A DNA stretch of 64,000 bases from Heteronotia binoei (lineage: Eukaryota): the NCBI RefSeq assembly GCF_032191835.1, contig NW_026799990.1, forward strand, positions 62,001-126,000, written 5' to 3'. The translations under genes were made by a program, and so were the position numbers. The notes beneath the pieces were generated by a model. It made no database searches. It was not told where the DNA came from and saw only the letters and a program-made list of their open reading frames with translations. This document shows, piece after piece, positions 35,745 to 46,343 of this stretch. Each line of letters begins with the position of its first letter. Within the stretch, counting starts at the first letter, position 1.

Positions 35745-36738
35745 CCTTGGTCTTTCTGCATTTATTTTCACTGCCTAAGCAAATGTCAGAGATTTTGGAG
35801 ATAGTGCCCGGGGAGAGCCGAGTTTGGGAAGGATGTGATGTCACTTCCAGGTGATACTGTAGGCTGCCTTCCCTACTGTCTATGGTCTTTATCATAGGGA
35901 TTAGGAAAATTCATAGAGTGTCATTATGTGGAAGTCATTTTTGTCCAGCTCCTCGATCCCTCTTTGATAAGGAACCAACTCCATTACCTGATCTTCTGAG
36001 ATACAATTAGGGATGTCAGCCCCGGGGAGGGGGGCTCCCCTGATTTTGCAAATACCTGCCTGCCACCAGCCAGCTGCCCAGTGGGGGAAGCCCCGCCCCA
36101 ACAGTGAATACCCACAGCCACCTCTCTCCCTCCCCTCCTGTGAGATTTAAAGGGCTCTACAGCTGATCAGTGGGAGCACATGGTCCCTTTAAATGCATTT
36201 TGCAAGTGGGGGCCACATGCACCTGAACTTCAAGTGGCAAATTTGCCTCTTGGAGTTCAGGCATGCAGAATGCCAGTACCCCGGCTTGCAAAATGGTCCT
36301 TGCAAGCTGGTCCTGAGAGCATCTTTAATGGTGTTTCATCCTCAATGTGATGGTGTCACTTCTGTGTAATGTTATCACATTTGAGGACATCCCCTCCCCA
36401 AACTGGAGAGCCAGTTTGGTGTAGTGGTTAAGTGTGTGGACTCTTATCTGGGAGAACCAGGTTTGATTCCCCACTCCTCCAGTTGCACCTGCTGGCATGG
36501 CCTTGGGTCAGCCATAGCTCTGGCAGAGGTTGTCCTTGAAATGGCAGCTGCTGTGAGAGCCCTCTCCAGCCCCACCCACCTCACAGGGTGTCTGTTGTGG
36601 GGGAGGAAGGTAAAGGAGATTGTGAGCCGCTCTGAGACTCTTCGGAGTGGAGGGCGGGATGTAAATCCAATATCTTCTTCTTCTTCTTCTCTAGGGATGC
36701 CTCCAAAGTCCCCCACTGGGGAGGACCTGGCAACCTGA
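35745..36738. mobile_element. Composite of degenerate hAT MITE pieces hosting a SINE
   Basis: tagggatgtcagcc and ctggcaacctg termini and shared internal motifs with the other copies. Confidence 0.5.
36406..36690 (+). mobile_element. Squam3-like SINE, little decayed
   Basis: gagagccagtttggtgtagtgg head, retained CpGs, (ctt)n tail. Confidence 0.9.
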
Positions 36739-37231
36739 GTTACAGTGAGGTGGCACTCAGGAGTGGCCTTTCTCTGTTGATGTCCATAACCTTGTCAGGG
36801 GCGGCTTGTATAGCTCCTACCCTTTCCCCATTTTTTTGTGTGAGTGCAACAAACACGTTTGCTCCAGAGTGTATTTGTTGTTGTTAAATTTTGGCTATAG
36901 AGTAGCTGGTCCCTGTTTCCAGAGGGGTCTTTTTTACTGGTACTATTTTTATTATTACATTATTTTATTGTTAGCCAGTTAGATAGTGTCTTTTTGATGC
37001 AAAAAGAATATTAAAAAGGTCTTAATTAAAAGAAATGAGCACTGATGAGACACCCCTACCCTGTCTGAGGCATGAAATAGTTGTCCTTTAAAATGGTACT
37101 TCCTAGTAATTTCATTTTTGCATTAATGCATATCTCCATCCATGTTGTTGTAGTATAACTTTTTCTTGTTTTGTATGTACTATTACAATGTTGATTTTAA
37201 AACACTGGTGTTTTGTTTAATTCTAATTTAG

Positions 37232-37356
37232 GCTACCCACATTGCCTTACATAATGATGAAAAGGTGGATATAATTACGGGCTTGAAACAAAAGACCTTC
37301 TATGGAAGACCAAACTGGGACACTGAATTCAAGCAAATCGCAGAAAATCATCCTGG
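37232..37356 (+). CDS. NOX3: NOX3 exon 12 (125 nt)
   Basis: tttag|GCT...GG|gtaagg. [41 protein letters not shown](G). Confidence 0.97.
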
Positions 37357-38286
37357 GTAAGGCAAGCTATTGAATAATGTCATTTGACTGTCTTTCCCAG
37401 GGTAAAAGGCAGGAATAGGCATTTGTACCCTTTTAAAAATTACTCTTTAAAATAATTTAAGTTGGGTTCTTATGCTGAAAGCATCTTTACGCATAATAAA
37501 GCTTTAAATGAAGAAATTTTGGATAGACAATGCCAATAAAATCTAATTTTTGGACAAGAAAATCTAATATTTAGAAGTATTTCAATATCTTGGCATTTGT
37601 CCAGCTATAATTGAAAGACACAATCCAATTATTGTTCAGCACAAAGGACAAAGTAACATTAATTTCCCTTGAAAATGGTTATTAAAGAGATAAACAGTGA
37701 GGCCTTTTTCTTACAATGTCAAGGATGTGTTTGTTCCCCAACATAATTGGCTGTGGATCTAAAGGCAATGCTCTTATGTTATTAGTTCGTCTCAGCTAGA
37801 AAGGCTGATGCTGAACTCAGGAGTTGGTTAAGAAAAGCTTCTTTGTTCCCAGAAGACTTTGAAGCAATCATCACAACTTATTTTGTATTCATCAAATAGA
37901 AAAACCAAAAAAAAAAAATCTTAGTTAGGCCCAATGTTTACCTACCAGCTGACCAAAAATAAACCCGAGGAAACAAATTTTCAAATATTATTTTAAAACT
38001 AGTTATGTGATGGACTGTGTGAGGGGCAGCCAATTGTGTTTTTGCTACAAAATTCAGTTCCTATAGACTTTACATGAAAGCTGGAGATGAGCTGTGGAGA
38101 CAAAAATTGGCATACATGAAATATTTTTTGTAAGCCATCCATATTTGTGCCTGAAAATATTAGTCTCCTTCATAAACATTTTCTGTTTTATTTCCCTTTG
38201 CTGTGGAAAATAAAACATTCCAAAAAGTCAGCTCAGTGTAAAGTTTCTTGGTGTTCTGACAGTATCTCCAAATCAATGGTTCATAA

Positions 38287-38569
38287 CAGGGGTAGCCGAA
38301 CTGTGGTTTAGGAGCCACATGTGTCTCTTTCACATATATCGTGTGGCTCTTAAAGCCCCCACCACCCCCTTAGCCAGCCTGGAGATGGTGTTTCTCTCTT
38401 TAAATCACTTATCCAAGCCAAGGCAGTCAGTGGCTTGGAGAATGCATTTAAAGTTAAAGTTGTTTTCTTTCCACCTCTCCTTCCTCCATCTTCCTTCCTT
38501 CATTCCTCTCTCAAACATCTGATGTTTATTCTATGTGGCTCTTACATTAAACAAGTTTGGCTGCCCCTG
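38287..38569. mobile_element. hAT (Charlie-like) MITE
   Basis: CAGGGG termini; 8-bp TSD gttcataa/gtccagaa (6/8); central (ttcc)-rich tract. Confidence 0.8.
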
Positions 38570-39090
38570 GTCCAGAAAGTCATGGAGTTTTTGCTGCAAA
38601 ACCCAGTATCCACAGACTTTACATTAAATCTGGCATCACATACTAGTGAGGCTTTCACAGCAAAGCAGCAGATGGATCTGAGCATTGTTAAGACATTGCA
38701 TACAAAACCGAAAAGATATATCTCAACCTGTGGAAATCACTTTCTCAATCTCTTTCTCACCTTCCTCCTCTTTCAAAGGAATTTTTTCCCCTTAGACATG
38801 AACCTGGGCAAAAGATTGACCATATCTTGATTCCTATTTGGCAGGGTATGCTGAACAAAAGGAAACAATGTAAAATCATACCTTGCCTAATCCAACCCAC
38901 TCTCCTAATGCAGGATTTTCCACCCCTCTCTGCCAGATATCCCCTGCCTTGAACAAACTCCATCACTATTATCACTGACCAAATTCCCTGATTTTCCTGG
39001 AAGGTAGAATAGTTATTAAAATGTATTCAATGAATTTTTAAGGGTAAGATTTTTTGAATAAAACTATATTTTAAAACCTTTTTTTGGCAG

Positions 39091-39217
39091 TGACAGCATT
39101 GGTGTTTTCTTTTGTGGACCTAAAGCTCTCTCTAAAATCCTTCAAAAGAGGTGCAAACGGTATTCATCTACAGTTCCAAGAGGTGTTCAATTTTATTACA
39201 ACAAAGAAAGTTTCTAG
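39091..39217 (+). CDS. NOX3: NOX3 exon 13 coding part (127 nt, ends at TAG)
   Basis: ggcag|T GAC... [41 protein letters not shown]. The FYYNKESF ending is NOX3-type (NOX1/NOX2 end NKENF, from recall). Confidence 0.97.
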
Positions 39218-39808
39218 GTCTTGTTTTGGAAATCTATGTGTTTAGGTTATTGTCTTCTTTATGTCTATTGATTATGGTAGCATTGTACTAGCAAGCCATT
39301 TGGTGTTCAGTAAAGGATATTATTGCTTGGATTGTGTTATATTTTAATCTGTTTCATCACTTGGTGTACATTTGATGGTTTAAAATGTCCAGCAGGAAAG
39401 TTCCTTCCTGCTTCAACCATCCCATGAAGTCTGGCATAAGATGTAGTCCAAATTCATACATACCACTTTAAAATGCTTTTCACCATTTCTCCCCTCTCTT
39501 GCTGTATAAGCGTGGGAAACAAGTGTTAAGTATACATGTATACATGTGAAACACAGAAAAGAAGTTTTAAGTGCATTTGTATCAGAGATCAGAACTGATT
39601 GATGTACATTTAACCTTACTGTGCTTGACAATCAATGTGTGACTTTGGCCCTATCTTAAACCTTATCACATGGGCTGCAGGTTCTCATGAGAAGCTAACA
39701 AGCAACCCTAACGATCACCTTTATAAAGGTGGTGTACATAAATTGGCCTGATGGATGTACAACTCATATATCTTACAAAGTGAGCTGATTCGCAAAAACT
39801 CATGCTTT

Positions 39809-39814
39809 AATAAA
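39809..39814 (+). terminator. Candidate NOX3 polyadenylation signal (AATAAA)
   Basis: First canonical AATAAA after the stop codon (~590 nt downstream). It lies inside a Penelope-derived remnant. Weaker variants occur earlier (AGTAAA 39309, TATAAA 39722). Confidence 0.3.
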
Positions 39815-40214
39815 TGTTATTAATCTTTAATGTGCCACTGGATTACTGTTTTACATTGCTATTACAGCCCAACACAGCTATATGTCAGGAAATATACAAG
39901 TTAGACAATTAACAAACTCAAAAAAGTAAAAGAAAAAACTCCTCAGGTATATGACTCTCAGACCCAGAGACTTATTAGTGTCTGAGGTCAGGTCCCACAC
40001 TTGCCCTCAGGGGGAAGACCAGCTTCCATTTGCAATTAATAACCAATTAATAACACCTGCAGAATCGACCAGGTTCAATATTATTCATATTAACCCATGA
40101 GAAACCAGAGATGCTTTGCCTCAAAGTGAGATTGAAACTCCCATGATTGACCCCCCCCCAACTGAAGCACCAAAAGACCTGCCTAGAAAGGATACTGGAG
40201 GGTCTCCCCAGTGA

Positions 40215-41519
40215 GGCTGATTCCGCACTCACCTTGCTCCGGGGCAGGCTTCCGTTTCTGTGCGGAGCAAGCTGGCGATTTCACACCAGTTGCTCCAGGC
40301 TGCCATTTTGCGCAGAGCAAACCCATGATTTGCCGCACCACGGTGTAAACCTGAAAAACAGATTTACATTACAGTGTGGCAAATTGCAGGTTTGCCCCTG
40401 TTACATTTCTTTGAGGGGGTGAACAAACATGTGGACAAAGGAGACCCGATAGATGTTGTTTACCTTGACTTCCAGAAAACTTTTGATGAAGTTCCTCATC
40501 AAAGGCTCCTTAGAAAGCTTGAGAGTCATGGAGTAAAAGGACAGGTCCTCTTGTGGATCAAAAACTGGCTGAGTAATAGGAAGCAGAGAGTGAGTATAAA
40601 TGGGCAGTCTTTGCAGTGGAGGACAGTAAGCAGTAGGGTGCCGCAGGGCTCGGTACTGGGTCCCATGCTCTTTAATTTGTTCATAAATGATTTAGAGTTG
40701 GGAGTGAGCAGTGAAGTGGCCAAGTTTGCGGATGACACTAAATTGTTCAGAAGGGTGAGAACCAGAGAGGATTGTGAGGAACTCCAAAGGGATCTGTTGA
40801 GGCTGGGTGAGTGGGCGTCAACGTGGCAGATGCGGTTCAATGTGGCCAAATGCAAAGTAATGCACATTGGGGCCAAGAATCCCAGCTACAAATACAAGTT
40901 GATGGGATGTGAACTGGCAGAGACTGACCAAAAGAGAGATCTTGGGGTCGTGGTAGATAACTCACTGAAAATGTCAAGACAGTGTGCGTTTGCAAGACAG
41001 TGTGCGTTTGCAATAAAAAAGGCCAAAGCCATGCTGGGAATTATTAGGAAGGGAATTGAAAACAAATCAGCCAGTATCATAATGCCCCTGTATAAATCGA
41101 TGGTGTGGTCTCATTTGGAGTACTGTGTGCAGTTCTGGTCGCCGCACCTCAAAAAGGATATTATAGCATTGGAGAAAGTCCAGAAAGGGGCAACTAGAAT
41201 GATTAAAGGTTTGGAACACTTGACATGATAGAGAACACTTGGACATGATAGAGATTTACAAGATAATGCATGGGATGGAGAAAGTAGAGAAAGAAGTACT
41301 TTTCTCCCTTTCTCACAATACAAGAACTCGTGAGCATTCGATGAAATTGCTGAGCAGACAGGTTAAAACGGATAAAAGGAAGTACTTCTTCACCCAAAGG
41401 GTGATTAACATGTGGAATTCACTGCCACAGGAGGTGGTGGCAGCCACAAGCATAGCCACCTTCAAGAGGGGGTTAGATAAAAATATGGCGCAGAGGTCCA
41501 TCAGTGGCTATTAGCCACA

Positions 41520-41565
<46 letters not shown>

Positions 41566-41750
41566 TTTTTGGCCGCTATGTGATACAGAGTGTTGGACTG
41601 GATGGGCCATTGGCCTGATCTAACATGGCTTCTCTTATGTTCTTATGCCCCGTGCAAAATGGCAGCGTGGAGCAACTGGTGCGAAATTGCCAGCTTGCTC
41701 TGCACAGAAACGGAAGCCTGCCTTGGAGCAAGGTGAGTGCAGAATCAGCC
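40215..41750. mobile_element. Harbinger-type MITE split by CR1 (halves 40215-40398 and 41646-41750)
   Basis: Same family as 32046-32342; 3-bp TSD TGA/TGA (40212-40214, 41751-41753). Confidence 0.88.
40399..41645 (+). mobile_element. CR1 LINE, 5'-truncated
   Basis: RT motifs VVYLDFQK.FD.VPH.RL, PQGSVLGP.LF.LFINDL, KFADDTKL; 3' end ttcttatgttcttatg; TSD tgcccc (40393-40398, 41646-41651). Confidence 0.95.
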
Positions 41751-42347
41751 TGAGTCAGACCCTGGTGCTTAGTTTTTAATTTATTCAGTCTTATAACTTT
41801 TGTCATCTCAGTTCAGGTCAGTTCCTTGGCATCCCTTCACAAAAACTGTGGCTCCAATGTGGGGTGAATAGTTCCAGCAAATCTTCACAGATAAAATGGA
41901 AGAGAGGGCAATAATGTAAACCATGTTGAGTCCCCATTGGGGAGAAAAGTGGAGTGTAAATTAAGTAAATAAAATATATAAATACTATCAGCTCTTCCTT
42001 CTCAAGGAGCCAACAAGAACATATGAGGATAAAAAAAATGAAACTGGAGCCTCAAAAGGATTAAAGGACTGGAATGACTCAGGAGATTGAAGGCCCTTGT
42101 TTCAGAACTCACCAAAACTGCAGCAGAGTTAAGACCTAGAAAAAAATTGCTGGGATTCAAAGGGACAGGAGTAGAGGAGAAATAAAAAGTTATGCATTTA
42201 TGGTTTCTGCTGATGGATAAACACTGAAATACTTCTGTATACTCTCTCTTGCATTTGTATCCCCATCCTTCCTTCAAAGAACTCAGAGCAGCATACATTA
42301 GATACTTCATCTTCATTTTTACCCTTTAAGATAGGTTAGGCTCAGAG

Positions 42348-42516
42348 CAGAGCTGGCCCTAGACTGTCTGGCATCCTAGGCAAGGCTAACCTCTGCCCCC
42401 CACACACACACACACTGATGACGTCACTGAGTCACATGGGGGGTACCCAATTCGGTGCCTCCAAAAGGTTGGCACCCTCGGCAATTGCCTAGTTTACCTA
42501 GTGGCAGGGCTGGCCC
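42348..42516. mobile_element. hAT-like MITE inserted in a minus-strand Squam3-like SINE (~42265-42605)
   Basis: cagagctggccct...gggctggccc termini; the SINE sequence resumes on both sides. Confidence 0.65.
42419..42434. promoter_or_regulatory. Adjacent CRE (TGACGTCA) and AP-1 (TGAGTCA) consensus sites
   Basis: TGACGTCA-C-TGAGTCA read directly. Function not shown. Confidence 0.3.
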
Positions 42517-45500
42517 AAGATCACCCAGAGAGCTTCATGAATGATTGGGATTTAAACCTGGGTACGCTTAAATCTAGTTTGACACTGTCTCATTGTTATA
42601 CTGGTTGTGGATACTGCTTCATGCTTAGGAGACGAAGCATGTGGAACAAGTTTCCTGGCTATGCATTTATTTTCCTAGCATAATGTTTTACAGCAAGTGA
42701 TGTGCATGAGGAACAGCCATTCCCATAACATGGCCACCACAAGTGGTTGAAACCTTTTGATCCTTGCTTATAAAATAAAGGTCCTAGCTTATCAGAGCGA
42801 AAATATAATTATGACATTCTACACAGGGTCCATTGAGTGTTGCCCTACTGTCTTTTAACATGTAGCTGTTGCTCCATTTTCCCAGCAGTTTTCCATGTTT
42901 CTGCACTGTCCACTCATTATCCGAACATCTGACAGCATGTCCATGTGTTCAGCTGCTTACAATTACAGTTGCTTGCTATTGTTTCTTCAATCACTTGATG
43001 ATGCAATTGCAAAACCTATGGCTGGGGAGCACGGGTACATGTGCAGAAGCAAATGCACAACAGGGGTAGAAAAGACATGGAATCCAAGGTACCTGAACAA
43101 GTTTGCATTCAGTATCTCTAATAGTTTGGGTCTCATTAAGAGAATAAAATGCCAGAAGGTGAATGAGCAACAATGCGAAGAAGTTCAAAAAGGGATGCTT
43201 TAGACACAGGACATGACCCATGCTAAGAAAATGGATTAGATTGGATAACTTCCATTTTTGTGATTCTGAAACAGGCTTAGTTCCTAAAGGTCCATTTCAT
43301 TAGCACAATAGTAGTTCTTTCATGGGTACTTCCATTCACAGAAAAAGGAGGCTGAGATTTGCTCTTCCGCCCTCACACTGAACACTCCCACTTTGCTGGG
43401 TTGGGGGGGGGGGGTCCCAGTGACTCATTGTAGTGCAGTTTTCTTAGGCACAGAGGGCTACAGTGGGAGGGGGAGACAAGGAAGTTGTCTTCCTACAGCA
43501 CAACTCCATGCTGCTTAGGATCCAAACTGTACTTTTTTGCTCCATTACTGCATTCACTCCAAATGAATCAGGGTTCCTGAAGAAAGTATCATTTTTCATC
43601 TTCTCCTGTACTTTGCCAAATTTCCCTTTCTTTGTATAGTACAGCTATTTTCTTCAGTTTGGTCAATGATCAACCATTTCTAATACATTTAGGGAACACA
43701 ACACTCATGGGTTTACATGATGAAGTTTTTCTTTCTAAAAAGAATAAGAAACTATGAAAACGCCAGAGAATTAATACATACCGCTAGATTTGTTCAACAG
43801 TAAACAAAACAGATATTATATTTGTACTGAGGTGTAAAATACAGATCAAGGGGATCAGATAATGCGTTTACTGATCCATGCAATAAAATCTGATGTACAA
43901 AACATCCCATGTGTGTCACCAGATGAACAAGACAAATGACAACATTATACATACACACATGCACTAGGGAAAAAACACACTAGGAAAGACAACAGATAGT
44001 AAGACAAACCCACATAAGGAAAAAAAATGTTACTGAATTCTACAGATACAGTTTATAGTCTTCTGTTTGGGGAGTTAATTTGTATGGAGAGCTTGCTATA
44101 AAAATGCAGTTGTAGTATTATTGAGTTTAAAGCTATGCATCTTAGTTTTAAGGGATTTTTTTCTGAGTGAAATGATTAATGTGGGGCATAGAGTAGAGTC
44201 ATAGTGTAAGTGATAAATGAGCCTGTGTCACTATGCCTAGAGGTATCCCCTTTCCTCAGTGGTTGTGCTAAATCTCCAAGAAAGCTGACACATTCATACA
44301 CACACAGAGCATGTATACACACAAATATTACATTAAATGGATTGTATAAAAAATTGAGGAAAGTCAGGCAGTAACAAACATTAGCTGCCTTACAAGGAAA
44401 GATCCAGATTGATTGTTTTAATGCACCTGTATGGAAACTAACAGATGGTAAAGTATCATTCTGACATGAAAAGGTAGGTGTAGAGAAATCCTTAATATCT
44501 GTGCTCAGCTAATGTCCTGAAACAAGATGCAATGTTTAATTTCTGTCTCGACCCAGCTTTTCTTGATTGTCACAATTTATTTCTGCTTTTGCAAATGATA
44601 TAGAAAAAGTATTGTGTGTGCTCGGTCAGACAACAACATCTGACTCCCGTCTTGCAGTTGTCAGCCTCCCATGCTTTCCCCCAACTTCCTGACATGGCAG
44701 AAAGTCTGGTCTTTATGGATCCTACCAGTTTCATAGCAGTTCCGCAGATGTCTGATCACTCTCTGGTGGAATGAAGCCTTTTGGGAAGTCAGATCACTCA
44801 CTTCCTGTTTCACCCCATTCCCTCCCCTGAGTTACCAATGTGCACCTAAGTTACCAATGTTACCCACTTGTGCATTTTGTTGTCCTTCCCTCTCTGCTCG
44901 CTGCATTCACCCCTCTCTCCCCCAGTTGAACCAAAGACAGCCCCCTCCTTCCTCTGGAGCTGCCACCTCACCGTCCCTTCCCTGAAATAAGGCAGCTGTG
45001 TGTGTGAGGCAGTTAGCGAGGTGTGTATAAACGCATATTTGCACCTCTCTCTGTGTCTCTCCCTCTCACAGGAACTTCTCACTAATCTATTCTCTCCCTC
45101 CATCTTTGAAACATTTGAAATGTTGAATTTATCAAATAAACCGTTTCATAAACACTTCCCCCATGCTGAACTACATCGCAGCAGTCTCCTCCAGCAATCC
45201 CATTGGCCACCAGGTGCCACCATTCTGCCAGGAGTTTGAAGCACTGCTTCCCTTAAGCACTTATGAGCATGCTCAAAAGACAATGATTTTTAAAATGTCC
45301 ACTGCCCCACTCTGTGGCAGCTGCATCTGCTCAATCAACCATGGGGTGAAAGTGAATTGAAGTGGGTTACAGGGCAGATGTCTGATCAAAAATCCCAGCT
45401 ATAAAAAAAATCCTGTATCAATTAGAAGCAGGGCCACACTCCATCAAACTGCACATCTGATCACAGCCTTTGTGTCTGCCTTTGGCATCTTTTTTTAAAA

Positions 45501-46038
45501 AAATGTGATGAAGAAACATCAGAAGACATTTAAAAAGAACTTCCTTTGTCCTTTTGGAAGATAACAAAATCTGTCAGTCTGCTTGTGCCTTTTTGACAGC
45601 AAAAATTGCACCAGGTCTATAGAAGGGCCATATCAGAGCATTATAAACATTCATTAGCAGTCCTTTGAGCAATAACTGCATGTGAAAGGAATGGTTCTAC
45701 TCATACATCATCTCTGGTTTGCTTGAACCATAGCCTGTTGAACAAGCTCTATTAGTTTTCTAAATGCACATAACAGACTCTGGTTGCCTCTTTCCCCCAC
45801 TTTCAGACAGAATTCATAGATGTTCTGAGTTCCCTTGTGTGGCTTGGCTGTTGGCATAGTCTTGCTATGTATGCAGTCCACTTGCTTTCGGTCAATTGCA
45901 ATAAATGAACAGGGAGAGGACAAGGAAATGGAGAGCAACCCAAACCTCCTTAGAGATCTTTGGGCCACTTTCAGCTAAGCCAGTTGTCAGCACCATGCCT
46001 ATTACCTTTTCTGACTAACCACTCACTGCTTTCTTCAT

Positions 46039-46343
46039 TAGGGTGCCAGCTCCAGGTTGGAAAATACCTGGAGATTTCGGGGGTGGAGCCTGAGAAGGTT
46101 TGGGGAGGGAAGAGACTTCCATGGGGCATAATGCCATTGAGTCCACCTTCCCAAGTGGCCATTTTCTCCAAGGGAGCTGATCTCTGTCACTTGGAGATCA
46201 GTTATAGTAGCAGGAGATCTCCAGCTACCACTTAGAGGTTACAATAACATAACTGGGAGATCTGCGGGAGAAGTTGCAACACTAAAGGAATTGTCCACGG
46301 TTCATTCCTTTAGTGTTGCACCACCTGGAGGTTGGCAACTCTA
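46039..46343. mobile_element. Short hAT MITE (TAGGGTTGCCA family)
   Basis: tagggtgccagctcc...ttggcaactcta termini. Confidence 0.8.

Noticed and set aside
39160-39190. TVPRG instead of the recalled human NOX3 ADPRG near the C-terminus
   Set aside because: This position varies among NOX paralogs (NOX2 has SGPRG), so it is not informative.
7496-39217. Assignment to CYBB (NOX2) or NOX1 instead of NOX3
   Set aside because: The 182-nt exon 6, [24 protein letters not shown] and the NKESF terminus match recalled NOX3, not NOX1 or NOX2.
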